This document shows positions 1 to 13,474 of a stretch of DNA of 64,000 nucleotides, in pieces. The DNA is taken from the NCBI GenBank assembly GCA_002269645.1, contig NIVC01001442.1, positions 122,323 to 186,322 of the forward strand, given 5' to 3'. Each line of letters starts with the position of its first letter. The stretch's first letter is position 1. The translations under genes and the position numbers were made by a program. The DNA is from Macrostomum lignano (taxonomy: Eukaryota). The notes under the pieces were generated by a model that saw nothing but the letters and a program-made list of their open reading frames with translations, ran no database searches and was not told where the DNA came from.

Positions 1-379
1 CTGTGTCACACAGTCACAGCCTGAGTTCACTGTGTCACACTGTCACAGCCTGAGTTCACTGTGTCACAGCCTTAGTCACAGAGTGAAGTGCATGGCAAAT
101 GCACTTAATAATTGTAGCCCATACTCGTACTTTGCAAGTTTCGTCCCCTTTTTACTACGTGCTAACTGTAGTAGTCCCCATTCACTTATGTCTATGACCA
201 CGACCTTAAAACCCTCGTATTGCCTCCCCCCGAGCGCGTCTTCTCTCTAAGTTTTTCTTCGGCCCAAAGCTTTCGTAATCGCATGACAAATAAAAAGCAA
301 TATCAGCCATAAGAGATAATCTGCAACGAGACAAATACATCAGTTACCAGACACAACACAGAGTTCAATCACTCTTATC

Positions 380-1063
380 ACAGCCTTAGTCACAGAGTTC
401 AGTCACTGTCACAGCCTTAGTCACAGAGTTCTGTCACTATGTCACAGCCTTAGTCACAGAGTTCTGTCACTGTGTCACAGCCTTAGTCACAGAGTTCTGT
501 CACTATGTCACAGCCTTAGTCACAGAGTTCTGTCACTATGTCACAGCCTTAATCACAGAGTTCAGTCACTATGTCACAGCCTTAGTCACAGAGTTCTGTC
601 ACTATGTCACAGCCTTAGTCACAGAGTTCTGTCACTGTGTCACAGCCTTAGTCACAGAGTTCTGTCACTATGTCACAGCCTTAGTCACAGAGTTCTGTCA
701 CTATGTCACAGCCTTAATCACAGAGTTCAGTCACTATGTCACAGCCTTAGTCACAGAGTTCTGTCACTATGTCACAGCCTTAGTCACAGAGTTCTGTCAC
801 TGTGTCACAGCCTTAGTCACAGAGTTCTGTCACTATGTCACAGCCTTAGTCACAGATTTCAGTCACTATGTCACAGCCTTAGTCACAGAGTTCAGTCACT
901 ATGTCACAGTCTTAGTCACAGAGTTCAGTCACTATGTCACAGCCTTAGTCACAGAGTTCAGTCACTATGTCACAGCCTTAGTCACAGATTTCAGTCACTA
1001 TGTCACAGCCTTAGTCACAGAGTTCAGTCACTATGTCACAGCCTTAGTCACAGAGTTCAGTCA
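380..1063. repeat. 33-bp minisatellite (TCACAGAGTTCTGTCACTATGTCACAGCCTTAG), with further units at 1-80
   Basis: Periodicity read directly (unit starts at 421 and 454). Confidence 0.95.
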
Positions 1064-1447
1064 CGGCTAATTAATGGAAAATCGTCATAGAGCGGTCAGA
1101 ATCCTTTGCCCACAAGAGGGGATGGATTTCCCCCAAAAAAACGGTCTTTCCTCTGATCCCCTCTGACAAATCGTGTCTGCAGCGCAGACCAAATGTAAAT
1201 AAACAGCCCATCAGCAGTTTGAAGGCAGCGTCACCGGGAAATCTGCTTATTCAAGCTTTGAAGGTAGGTAAGGGAGTGGAGACTTGGCCTTTTGTCCTTC
1301 GGTCTGCCCTATAGCTCGTAGTATGATAGAAAGTAATGTACTTTTTTATACATCGTTAATTAATCCGGTCACGAATACATCTAGTCACAATCACAGGTCA
1401 CAAGTGCTCGCTGCCGTTTTCATGATCACGGTCAATTTAACACTCAC

Positions 1448-1552
1448 CTTTTTTCTGCTTAGTGATGTCTTTGTGTGAGGCCAGGAACAAGACCACGTCG
1501 CCCTTCTCATTCTTTATCGGTACAATGTCGAGCAGGCAAACGAACTGGGATC
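1448..1552 (-). CDS. Elk: Elk-family voltage-gated K+ channel, coding exon 3 (PAC region: [35 protein letters not shown])
   Basis: TAG acceptor at 1555-1553 and GTGAGT donor at 1447; 105 bp, phase 1-1. Translation matches the KCNH PAC motif [23 protein letters not shown]. Not in the ORF track. Confidence 0.93.
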
Positions 1553-1599
1553 CTAAATGGCAAGCGGAAATCAAATGTCAAAAAATCTGCTCCCGGAGT

Positions 1600-3500
1600 G
1601 GGTTGGATGATTCCGGAGTGGGGTGGATGATTAATGATTCCGGAGTGGGATGGGTGATTAATGATTCCGGAGTGGGATGGATGATTAATGATTCCGGAGT
1701 GGGATGGATGATTAATGATTCCGGAGTGGGATGGGTGATTAATGATTCCGGAGTGGGATGGATGATTAATGATTCCGGAGTGGGATGGATGATTAATGAT
1801 TCCGGAGTGGGATGGATGATTAATGATTCCGGAGTGGGATGGATGATTAATGATTCCGGAGTGGGATGGATGATTAATGATTCCGGAGTGGGATGGATGA
1901 TTAATGATTCCGGAGTGGGATGGATGATTAATGATTCCGGAGTGGGATGGATGATTAATGATTCCGGAGTGGGATGGATGATTAATGATTCCGGAGTGGG
2001 ATGGATGATTAATGATTCCGGAGTGGGATGGATGATTAATGATTCCGGAGTGGGATGGATGATTAATGATTCCGGAGTGGGATGGATGATTAATGATTCT
2101 GGAGTGGGATGGATGATTCCGAAGTGGGGTGAATGATTCCGGAGTGGGGTGGATGAGTCCGAAGTGGGGTGGATGAGTCCGAAGTAGGGTGAATGATTCC
2201 AGAGTGGGGTGGATGATTCCGGAGTGGGGTGGATGAGTCTGGAGTGGGGTGGATGATTCCGGAGTGGGGTGGATGAGTCTGGAGTGGGGTGGATGATTCC
2301 GGAGTGGGGTGGATGAGTCTGGAGTGGGGTGGATGATTCTAGAGTGGGTGAATGATTAATGATTCCGGAGTGGGGTGAATGATTCCGGAGTGGGGTGGAT
2401 GATTCTAGAGTGGGGTGGATGATTCCGGAGTGGGGTGGATGATTCCGGAGTGGGGTGGATGGTTCTAGAGTGGGGTGGATTGTTCCGGAGTGGGGTGGAT
2501 GATTCCGGAGTGGGGTGGATGATTTCGGAGTGGGGTGGATGATTCCGGAGTGGGTGGATGATTCTAGAGTGCGTGAATGATTAATGATTCCGGAGTGGGG
2601 TGGATGAGTCTGGAGTGGGGTGAATGATTCCGGTGTGGGGTGGATGATTCCGAAGTGGGGTGGATGGTTCCGGAGTGGGGTGGATGATTCCGGAGTGGGG
2701 TGGATGAGTCTGGAGTGGGGTGGATGATTCCGGAGTGGGGTGGATGATTCCGGAGTGGGTGGATGATTCTAGAGTGGGTGAATGATTAATGATTCCGGAG
2801 TGGGGTGAATGATTCCGGAGTGGGGTGAATGATTCCGGAGTGGGGTGGATGAGTCTGGAGTGGGGTGAATGATTCCGGAGTGGGGTGGATGAGTCTGGAG
2901 TGGGGTGAATGATTCCGGAGTGGGTTGGATGCTACTGGAGTGGGGTGGATGCTCTCGGAGTGGGGTGGATGATTCCGGAGTGGGGTGGATGGTTCTGGAG
3001 TGGGGTGGATTGTTCCGGAGTGGGGTGGATGATTCCGGAGTGGGTTGGATGCTACTGGAGTGGGGTGGATGCTCTCGGAGTGGAGTGGATGTTTACTGAG
3101 TGGGGTGGATGCAATCGGAGTGGGGTGAATGCAATCGGAGTGGGGTGGATGCTACTGGAGTGGGCGGATGCTACTGGAGTGGGGTGGATGATTCTAGAGT
3201 GGGTGGATGATTAATGATTCTGGAGTGGGGTGGATGATTCCGGAGTGGGGTGGATGGTTCTGGAGTGGGGTGGATGATTCCGGAGTGGGGTGGATGGTTC
3301 TGGAGTGGGGTGGATGATTCCGGAGTGGGTTGGATGCTACTGGAGTGGAGTGGATGCTTACTGAGTGGGGTGGATGCAATCGGAGTGGGGTGGATGCTAC
3401 TGGAGTGGGGTGGATGCTACTTTAGTGGGGTCGATTCTACTGGAGTGGAGGGTTGGATGATTCCAGAGTGGGGTGGATGCTCCTGGAGTGGAGTGGTAGT
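1600..3500. repeat. G-rich minisatellite: 27-bp units (GATTAATGATTCCGGAGTGGGATGGAT) grading into 20-bp units (GATTCCGGAGTGGGGTGGAT)
   Basis: Direct periodicity; explains the INDSGVGWM repeat ORFs. Confidence 0.95.
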
Positions 3501-4500
3501 CTAGAATTAAAAATTTAATAGTGGACTGGGTTGCCTCAGTGTAAAAATGTTTCGGTAATTATCCAAACAAATTGATATTCATTTGACGCCAAACAGTTCG
3601 TCATACTGAAATAATGAATTACAATTATGCACTCGAGTTCGTAAGGACGTTTCCTGTGACTCAAATCCAAGGAAAGCAAAATTGGAGCTCTGTCGAGGTC
3701 ATTCAGTGCAATAGTTGGGTTTCAGCTTTTTGTTGCGCCTGGCTTTGCAGGCCGAGCCGCTGGCGGCGGGCGACTGGCACCGAAGCGGGACAGAGTCTCG
3801 GCCGCCCCCAGGCCTCGGGTGCGCAATAGGAAACCGCCCGAGTGCGCCAGGGAGAAGTCCGATATCGGCGATAGAATGCCGGTCGCTGAGCTCCCTTAAG
3901 CACCGCCTGGGAGGTAATATATTTTTTCAAGCGATAAAGCGATAAACGCTGCCAGCTTAGGGCCGAAGAGATCAAGGTTGCAAATTCGAGCGGCCAGGTG
4001 CGCGACGCCGGCACGGGGACGGAAGCCGCGGCTGGTGCCAAGAAAATCTCCAGGGCCGCGGCCAGCTGCTCAAATGGCGACTTTCCGCTCGCATATCTGC
4101 GCTCGCGGTTTCAAAATAGGACACACACGAGGGTGTGTCCGGCAGGTCGAGGGATTTTGAAACTGGTCTCGCTATCTGGGCTCGATAAATTTCACAGAGC
4201 ATGACATACACTACAGCCGAACACCCCCCTCACAGCCCACCCTGCAGGAACAGGAATCTTCCATTCCGAGACACATTAATAACATTTTTGTTTTTTTTAT
4301 TAGAGGCAGGGGGGCTGTATGCACCCTGGCGCACTTTAAGCGGCATTGTCGCACAATTGGCGAGAGGCATTACTGCCCATTTCGGCGACTCCCCTAAGCA
4401 GGCAAAGAAGCGTGCGGAAACGTACGCAGTCAGACGCACAGGCACGCACTCACACAGGAGTGTACAGCGGCCCTAACTTATTTATCGTTATGTTTAAAAG

Positions 4501-6136
4501 TCGCGAATGAATTGCGCGACTTCTTCGCCGGTATCGTGAACGCGCCCGCGTCGCCGCTGTCCGCCAGCTTTGCGCTCCCACTGGACACGCCGCTCCCAGC
4601 TGAGGAGGACTTCTGCACCAGCCCAGTCACCACGGAGGACGTTGTGCTGTACGCTCGGAAAACATCAGGCGGCAAGGCGCTCGGCCCCGACGAAGTCCCG
4701 GTCGAAGCGCTGCGGCTCCGCTGTGTGGCCTCCCAGGTCACAGGCGTCATGAACCGCGTGCTCGCCGGCGCTCCTGCGCCTACCGAGTGGACCGTCGTGC
4801 ACATCGTGCCGATCCCGAAGAAGGCGGGGACAACGCGGAAGGAAGACCACCGCGGGATCTCGCTGATGTCCTGCACCGCGAAGCTCTTCAACCGGCTGCT
4901 GCTCGATCGTCTGTAGTCGGTGCTTGACCCGTACCTGCGGTACGAGCAGAACGGATTCCGGCCGCAACGCGATACAGTGACAGATCCTCGCACTCCGCCG
5001 TGTCATCGAGGAGGCGCGCATCCGCCAGTCTACGCTGATCATTGTCTTCGTTGACTTTCGAAAGGCGTTTGACTCGGTGTGGAGAGCCGCGCTTCCCTTT
5101 GTCCTTCGAGCCTACCGGATACCCAAGCAGCTAATCGACGCTGTCATGGCGCTGTATTGCGATACTCGAGCTGCTGTGGTGACGGGGGACGGCCTGTCTG
5201 ACCTGTTCGATACTTCATCAGGAGTTCTGCAGGGCGACACGCGAGCGCCGTTCCTCTTCGTGCTGCTGCTGGACTGGGGCTTCGGACCGCACTCCCCTCG
5301 TCTAATGACGGCTTCCTGCTGCGCAGACGCATCGGTCACCGCCACGGCGAAAAGCGCCTAAGCGTGCTTGGCTACGCCGACGACCTCGCCCTCCTGTCCT
5401 CGTCCGTTGAAGGCGTCAGCGCCAGATCGACAAGCTGGTCGAGGTGGCATCGAGCGTCGGTCTGATCGTCAACATGCTGAAGACCGAGGTGCTGACTGTG
5501 CCGGCCGACATCCCAGCGGACCTGACGTGCCGCGGCGCAGACGGGCAGACGACCAGGCTCGCACGCTGCCAGCGGTTCACCTACTTCGGCGGTCTGGTGC
5601 CTCACGTGGAAGAGGACCTCCGGCGGCGCAGAGGACTTGCCTGGGCGGCCTTTCGTTCGATCCGAGCCGTCCTCCAGTCCGAAGCGCTGCCCGACCACCA
5701 GAGGGCTCGGCTGTGGCAGGCGGTGGTGGAAACCGTCCTGCTATACAACGCCGAGACGTGGACGCTGACGGCTACTCTAGATCGGCAGCTGGACTCGGCG
5801 CTCCGTGCGGCCTTTCGAGCTGACGAGAGCGTTGGGACCGAGGCCCTGTACGATCGGGCCAAGCTGCAGCGCCCGTCCATCATTCTGCGCCGGTGGCGAC
5901 CTCAACTGGCGGGTCACGTGATCCGGGCCGAGGGCTACTGCCCCCAACCTGTCCGTTCAGGCGGGGTCAGGCCCGAACCCGTCGATACGTGGACTGCCTG
6001 CTGTGCGACGCTGGGGCGCCCGACACTGCCAATGGAGCGGACTTTGTTCGCTCCCAGGCTCTGCGGCGCGCCATCTGACGCGCCCTGCTCTAGCTGTGAC
6101 TGTACATGCGGGGTCGCGTATTTTGTTGTTGTTATT
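4501..6136 (+). mobile_element. 5'-truncated, degenerate RTE-type non-LTR retrotransposon (RT domain and C-terminal region) in Elk intron 2, antisense to the gene
   Basis: RT motifs IVPIPKK, RGISLMS, DFRKAFDSV, GVLQGDT.APFLF and YADD (5373-5384). In-frame TAG at 4914-4916 and several frameshifts. (TTG)n 3' tail. 10-bp TSD TGTTTAAAAG at 4491-4500 and 6137-6146. Confidence 0.92.
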
Positions 6137-6284
6137 TGTTTAAAAGAAACTTTTCAGGACTCCTGACTCCGGTCACCAACTCTAGTAACGAAACAGTTAA
6201 TCCTCGACCAGGATTCACCGCCCCTTGCCAGTCAAAAAGCTGTGAGACTCCCGCAGCAGACATTCGTAAAGCAGTTGAGCTCAC

Positions 6285-6515
6285 CAGTCTTCTTGTAGAA
6301 GACGACCTCAGTTTGCAGCTCCCTCTGCGCTAGCAAGCTGTCCTCGATCTTCTGCCGCTCGGTGGGCTCGGTGGCCTGGCCCCACAAGAACCGGCAGGCG
6401 CAGGGCTTGGACATCACCTGGGCCCGGGCGAAGCCAGTCAGCTCGCAGAATCCGTCGGAGCAGTACACAATGGGCCTGTCCTTCGCCTGCGCGTTGCCTA
6501 ACACGAAGTTGCTGT
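6285..6515 (-). CDS. Elk: Elk-family K+ channel, coding exon 2 (PAS domain: HSNFVLGNAQAKDRPIVYCSDGFCELTGFARAQVM...FYKKTG)
   Basis: CAG acceptor at 6518-6516 and GTGAG donor at 6284; 231 bp, phase 1-1. EAG-family PAS signature IVYCSDGFCEL. Confidence 0.95.
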
Positions 6516-6574
6516 CTGTTGGATGGCGGAGTGAGCGTTCAGGGTTGGGTTTGGGGCATGAAGTAGGGTAGATG

Positions 6575-6983
6575 GCAAACATCCGGCTAGCTGGCAAACA
6601 TCCGGCTAGCTGGCAAACACATCCGGCTAGCTGACAAAACATCCGGCTAGCTGGCAAACATCTGGCTAGCTGGCAAACACATCCAGCTAGCTGGCAAACA
6701 TCCGGCTAGCTGGCAAACACATCCGGCTAGCTGACAAAACATCCGGCTAGCTGGCAAACATCCGGCTAGCTGGCAAACACATCCAGCTAGCTGGCAAACA
6801 CATCCAGCTAGCTGGCAAACATCCGGCTAGCTGGCAAACACATCCGGCTAGCTGACAAAACATCCGGCTAGCTGGCAAACATCCGGCTAGCTGGCAAACA
6901 CATCCAGCTAGCTGGCAAACACATCCAGCTAGCTGGCAAACATCCGGCTAGCTGGCAAACACATCCGGCTAGCTGGCAAACAT
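6575..6983. repeat. 21/23-bp minisatellite (ACATCCGGCTAGCTGGCAAAC)
   Basis: Direct periodicity, just upstream of the Elk exon 2 acceptor. Confidence 0.95.
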
Positions 6984-8589
6984 TCGAAGAGTGCTAGTCG
7001 AGATGTAGGCGTTATAATAGCGGGTACTCAGACGTGGTTGTTAAGTCGATGTGTTGAAGCTGTTATGGGAAGGCTTTTCCGAGTTCAGAAGTGTCAGAAG
7101 GCGTGTGGACGTTAAGTCAGTTGTAACTGCTCAAAACTGTCTGCAAACTTTTCTCCCAGTTTCACTAACTTTATTAGCTAAGTAATAAAAGCAGATCGTC
7201 AGGCAAGTAAAATTTACGAGCAACACTTTGAGCACAAGAGTAATAAATATGCAGAGTAGGCTGATCGCACGACTAACTGTCGAAGTTCTCAAGCTGTCAA
7301 GTTCTCAAGCCGACCTGTCACCGCCATGAAGTCCCCAGCTAACTGTCCTTGGTCTATGGATTCGACAAAGAATGGATTGCTAGTCTAACCAATCAATGAA
7401 AAATATTTGCCGATGGGGGCTGTGGGCACCCTGTGCGCAATGGCTTTGCCGAAATTTTCTGCAAATTCCGCTGACTCCTCAGCACAGGCAGGCCCTGACT
7501 TTCATGTCGTTGGCATGTACAGCCTCTGTCCCTCGGGGTGTGTCATTAGTGCTGCACTTTGCCCAGCACTATGACAAACAATATAATTACTCATTTTATC
7601 CCATTGGAACGAACAAGAAACTCCCACCTTTAGTCGCAAACGGACGACGCAGGAGTGAGAAAGAGAGACGAAAGTCAAAGAACGGAGCCAACGCAGAGCC
7701 CCTTAAAAAAACAAGAGCACTGAGGTGAGCGAGCCCGGTCTGCTCAAAGCGTCACGCACCGGAGTCCAGCGTGCGAAGTGAGCAGCTCCCAGATTGAGCC
7801 AATAGTGCAGAGGACCCCCTGCATATGCCGCTCTCCCGCGGAGAGATTTGCTAAAAGGGCGGGAGGAGGTTGCCCCGGCTGAGCGCTGAGCAGGAAGGTT
7901 CGCTTATTAATCACCCGCGATCGCATCGGTTGAGGATCTGGGAGCCCGGGTCCCGGACTGGGAGCGGTGGAGGAGGGGGTAAACACACACACCCGAAGAA
8001 GCTGCAGCTTGGCGTTGTGGGATCGCACGGAGAATGAAAGTCAATAATCCCTTCTTCCATACGCGAATTGGGGCGGATAATGGCGAAGGGAGCCATTATT
8101 ACCTGCAAAATGTTTCTCCCATCCAGTTTCCAGAGGATACATTGAAGGTGCTCCAGTTCAGTGAGACCGAGGAACCTTCTGTGTCAGCTTCCACTGCTTA
8201 ATCCGCGCCCTGCATCCTGTCGTTCTCACACATTCACTAATCACGCATTCCCCATTTGTCTTCATTCCCAGTCTGCGCTCGCGATTCGCACCTGCCCGAT
8301 TGCCCGAGCAGTGCAGCGTGAAATTGAGCACACTTGCGAGTTCTCTAACTTGCTCCGGCGATTCATTTCGAGCACCTGAGCGGCTCCATACCTCACAAAG
8401 GTAAATTTAACCCCTAATCAAGCTTATTACGCAGAATAGCTAATCCCCCACCTGACTTAAATTGAGTTGTCTCTACAGCGATTGTATCATTACTGCCGGA
8501 AGCGCAGTCCTGTGAGTTTACATTGGGGTCTCTAGGGGCAGAAAGGCATACAGTTGATTGGTCTCGAGGGGTAAACAGGTACAGAGCGG

Positions 8590-9060
8590 GGCTCAAAGGG
8601 TAGGCAGGTAAACTGTGGAGTCTCGAGGGGTGAACAGGTAGACAGTGGAGTCTCGAGGGGTGAACAGGTAGACAGTGGAGTCTCAAGGGGTGAACAGGTA
8701 GACAGTGGAGTCTCGAGGGGTGAACAGGTAGACAGTGGAGTCTCGAGGGGTGAACAGGTAGACAGTGGAGTCTCGAGGGGTGAACAGGTAGACAGTGGAG
8801 TCTCGAGGGGTGAACAGGTAGACAGTGGAGTCTCGAGGGTGAACAGGTAGACAGTGGAGTCTCGAGGGGTGAACAGGTAGACAGTGGAGTCTCAAGGGGT
8901 GAACAGGTAGACAGTGGAGTCTCGAGGGGTGAACAGGTAGACAGTGGAGTCTCGAGGGGTGAACAGGTAGACAGTGGAGTCTCGAGGGGTGAACAGGTAG
9001 ACAGTGGAGTCTCGAGGGGTGAACAGGTAGATAGTGGAGTCTCGAGGGGTAAACAGGTAG
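8590..9060. repeat. 30-bp minisatellite (GAGTCTCGAGGGGTGAACAGGTAGACAGTG)
   Basis: Direct periodicity. Confidence 0.95.
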
Positions 9061-9649
9061 ATAATGATAGTTGGGTCCCTAAGGGAGACAGGTATTTACT
9101 TGCAATGGTTCTCGAGCTGTGAACAGTCTACCAGAGTAGATACGAGTAGATAGACAATTTTGTCTCCTGGGGTAGCTTCGAGGGCAATCTCGAATCTATA
9201 TAAGCTATAATGACAGAATAATACAAAATGCAGCAGTCATAATCCATAGATCAACAGCTCTACAGCCATCGAAGATTGCCGAATAACAGCAGACGAGTTG
9301 ATGGCAACATCTGAGAACAGCAATATTGCTCGATGACGCATTCAGGAGGCCGCTGCATCATTAGCAGGTGCTAGCGGTGCAAAATCAAGAGCTGTACTTC
9401 AGCCTCTTCAGCTTTGGTCATCAGATCCCCCTTCTTTCCAGCAAGTTTTTCCTTGGACTTACCTGGGCCAACGGCATTGTAATGCAGGTATCAGCACAAC
9501 AAGTTGCCCCTAATCACTCTCAATATATTCCCATCCTAGTCACAATCTCTGAGACCCTATCACAATATCCTACCTCTGTCTCAATCTCCTTGCCTTTGTC
9601 ACAATATCCAAATCTCCTAATCTCTGTCCCAATCTTATATGTGATAAAC

Positions 9650-11255
9650 TCCTAATGTGTGTCAATTTCCTAATCTGTGTCTCAATTTCCTAATCTGTGT
9701 CTCAATTTCCTAATCTGTGTCTCAATTTCCTAATCTGTGTCTCAATTTCCTAATCTGTGTCTCAATTTCCTAATCTGTGTCTCAATTTCCTAATCTGTGT
9801 CTCAATTTCCTAATCTGTGTCTCAATTTCCTAATCTGTGTCTCAATTTCCTAATGTGTGTCTCAATTTCCTAATCTGTGTCTCAATTTCCTAATCTGTGT
9901 CGAAATCTCCTAATCTGTGTCGAAATCTCCTAATCTGTGTCGAAATCTCCTAATCTGTGTCACAATCTCCTAATCTGTGTCACAATCTCCTAATCTGTGT
10001 CACAATCTCCTAATCTGTGTCACAATCTCCTAATCTGTGTCGAAATCTCCTAATCTGTGTCACAATCTCCTAATCTGTGTCACAATCTCCTAATCTGTGT
10101 CGAAATCTCCTAATCTGTGTCGAAATCTCCTAATCTGTGTCACAATCTCCTAATCTGTGTCACAATCTCCTAATCTGTGTCTCAATTTCCTAATCTGTGT
10201 CGAAATCTCCTAATCTGTGTCGAAATCTCCTAATCTGTGTCACAATCTCCTAATCTGTGTCACAATCTCCTTATCTCTGTCACAATCTCCTAATGTGTGT
10301 CAATTTCCTAATCTGTGTCACAATTTCCTAATCTGTGTCACAATCTCCTAATCTCTGTCTCACAATCTCCTAATCTGTGTCACAATCTCCTAATCTGTGT
10401 CACAATCTCCTTATCTCTGTCAAAATCTCCTAATGTGTTTCAATTTCCTAATCTGTGTCACGATTTCATAATCTGTGTCACAATTTCCTAATCTCTGTCT
10501 CACAATCTCCTTATCTCTGTCACAATCTCCTAATGTGTCACAATTTCCTAATCTGTGTCACAATCTCCTAATCTGTGTCACAATCTCCTAATCTGTGTAA
10601 CAATCTCCTAATCTGTGTCACAATCTCCTAATCTGTGTCGAAATCTCCTAATCTGTGTCACAATCTCCTAATCTGTGTCAAAATCTCCTAATCTCTGTCT
10701 CACAATCTCCTTATCTCTGTCACAATCTCCTAATCTGTGTCAAAATTTCCTAATCTGTGTCACAATCTTCTCATCTGTGTCGAAATCTCCTAATCTGGGT
10801 CACAATCTCCTAATCTCTGTCTCACAATCTCCTTATCTCTGTCACAATCTCCTAATCTGTGTCACAATCTCCTAATCTGTGTCACAATCTCCTAATCTGT
10901 GTCACAATCTCCTTATCTGTGTCACAATCTCCTAATCTGTGTCACAATCTCCTAATCTGTGTCGAAATCTCCTAATCTGTTTCACAATCTCCTAATCTGT
11001 GTCGAAATCTCCTAATCTGTGTCGAAATCTCCTAATCTGTGTCGAAATCTCCTAATCTGTTTCACAATCTCCTAATCTGTGTCACAATCTCCTAATCTGT
11101 GTCACAATCTCCTAATCTGTGTCGAAATCTCCTAATCTGTTTCACAATCTCCTAATCTGTGTCACAATCTCCTAATCTGTGTCGAAATCTCCTAATGTGT
11201 GTCACAATCTCCTAATCTGTGTCACAATCTCCTAATCGGTTTCACAATCTCCTAA
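9650..11255. repeat. 20-bp minisatellite (CACAATCTCCTAATCTGTGT)
   Basis: Direct periodicity. Confidence 0.95.
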
Positions 11256-11765
11256 TATTTGTCTCTCTTTCTCTGCCTCTCCCTCTCGCAACTCATAAAA
11301 TGGCATCACAATGAACTTTTAACTCTTGCAGCAATATTTATTATGAGCGAGTCAATAGCAATTCGCCTCGGGGCTTGAGTTTAGTAGAGCCTAGTAATTG
11401 CCCAGCAACAGGAAGCAAAGTATACGGAAAATTCTAGAGAATGCGCTGGATGCCTCAAGGCAAGGCGCACCGGCCGCGCAGTGGGTGTCGTAAAACTGGG
11501 TCCCCCAAAACTGCTTGAAGGAAATTTCCAAGAATGGGCGATAAAAAATAGGAATGATTTTCAAACGGAGGTAAGGAAAGTCGTTCTGCTTCACTTTAGT
11601 GCAATTACTTCTTCATACAATTATATAGGCTGTAGAAAATCCAATGCACCTAATAGCACTGATTATATATACATATATGGGCCACTCCAGCGTTTTCTGG
11701 TCGCAGCGCAAAACTCCCGGTGTTTTTTACCATAGACTGTAGCTTCTGCTGCTCGCAACAGCTAG

Positions 11766-11813
11766 TCATGGACTTCTATACTTAGCATCTATGCTAAGTA
11801 TAGAAGTCCATGA
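11766..11813. repeat. Perfect 23-bp inverted repeat with a 2-nt spacer
   Basis: TCATGGACTTCTATACTTAGCAT-ct-ATGCTAAGTATAGAAGTCCATGA, flanked by GCTAG on both sides. Confidence 0.9.
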
Positions 11814-11984
11814 GCTAGTGTTTGTGGTCCTAACCTCGAGGTTTTTGAGTTTTAAACTTTGAGAGGAGAGAATTATATTGCTGGAAAGATCTTGCAACGC
11901 TGAGTTTGGGGATATAAGTTATTTGCTTTAAATATGAAAACAAAAAGCACAGCATTGAAAAAACGATTTCCGAGTAGATAGATA

Positions 11985-12895
11985 AGCGAGTAGAGATAAG
12001 AGATGAGAGAGAAGAGGAGAGATAAGAGAGAATTGAGAGAAGACAGGAGAGAAGAGATAAGAGAGAGAAGCGAGAAGAGAAAGGAGAGATGAGAAAACAG
12101 AGGTTTCAGAGGTTTTATGGAGGATTTGGAAGATTTGGAAGATTTTTTGACGTATACCCAGACAAGTAAAAAGCATATTTTTATAAACTTCAGTTTCATA
12201 GTCTTGATTGACTGAAATTTGATAGAGATAATATTTTTTTAAATTGATGGATTGTAGCTTGAATGAGATGATATACGATGGATTGCAGTTTAACGAAGAG
12301 GATTTTGTATCTGTTTCATGGAGAGGATGAAATGGCTAAATGAAATGGAATAGAGAAAAGAGAAAAGGAAAGAGAAGATAAAAGATTAGATGAAAGAGAA
12401 AATGAACAGAGAGAATTAAAAGGGACAGATTAGAGAAAAGAAAAAGAGAATAAAGGCGAGAGAAGAGATGAGGGAATTGAGAGGAGAGAGGAGAGGGGGG
12501 TAAGAGAGGAGAAAGAGGAGACAGGAGGGAGTAGAGCCGAAAGACGAGAGAGAAGAGATAAATGAGTAGAGATGAGGGGAGAGAGAGGAGAGAGAAGCGA
12601 GATTATAAGAGAGAGAGGAGAGGGGAGAAAGTAGAGAGATGAGTGAGCAGACAGGAGATAAAAGAGGAGAGAGAAGAGAGAAGAGATAAAAGAGGAGAGA
12701 GGAAAAAGTAGAGGAGAAAGTAGTGAGGAGAAAGAAGAGAGTAAATATGAGAGCGCAGAGAGGAGAGATAGGAGAGTAGAGATGAGAGATGAGAGAGGAG
12801 ATGAGAAATGATAGATAAGCGAGGAGATGAGAGCAGAGAGGAGATAGGAGAGATTAGAGATGAGAGAGCAAAGAGGAGAGAGGAGACAGGCGAGA
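11985..12895. repeat. AG-rich low-complexity tracts
   Basis: Long GA-biased purine runs; the overlapping L/S-rich ORFs are artefacts. Confidence 0.85.
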
Positions 12896-13474
12896 GTCAG
12901 TCTGGATGATGGCAGGCAGTCAGTTTTTGCAAACAGGTAAAACAACATGGTTTTTGGGAGCTTAATAGAGGATTTGGAGAGGATTTGGACGATGGGATTC
13001 GTGTCATTGGATTCAGCTGATGGATTTCAGAAAATGAAATTCTGGCGATGGGAGTTCTTCCCCTTACTCCGCCAACGGAGGAGTTGGCCTCGTATTTTAT
13101 ATAGCTGTGTAGTGAAAGTTTTGCTTTTCTTTGCTTTTCTTTGCATATTGCTTTTCTTTTTATTTCATAAGCCCAGAGTTGTAAATACTCACAAGTGGCA
13201 ATAGCTTCGCTGTTTGTTTTGTTCATTCTTGAATCAAGTATATTTGTGATAAAATGTTGCATGCAGGTACTTTTAAGCCATCATTGTAGTTATAATTCCA
13301 TTTCAATGCATATTACGAGCTAGTTCCTACATACAAACATACACAGCTAGTGCATACAACTTTGGGCTTATAAAAAAACAGAAAATTAATTTAGTTCGAG
13401 TTTTACGTCCTGTTACACTCGTATATCACAGTGGTCCTTGAGTCAGCTTACAATTTTTTTGTGGTGGGCCAACG

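Noticed and set aside
3614-4476. GC-rich stretch with several overlapping short ORFs
   Set aside because: No recognisable motif, no consistent splice signals linking it to Elk, no TIR or TSD found.
7396-8400. Short ORFs in Elk intron 1
   Set aside because: No homology recognised; lengths compatible with chance.
9420-9500. Minus-strand CAG|GTAAGT donor-like site at ~9462 (possible extra Elk exon)
   Set aside because: Exons 1 and 2 already join to give the conserved DGT-HSNF; no convincing acceptor or frame.
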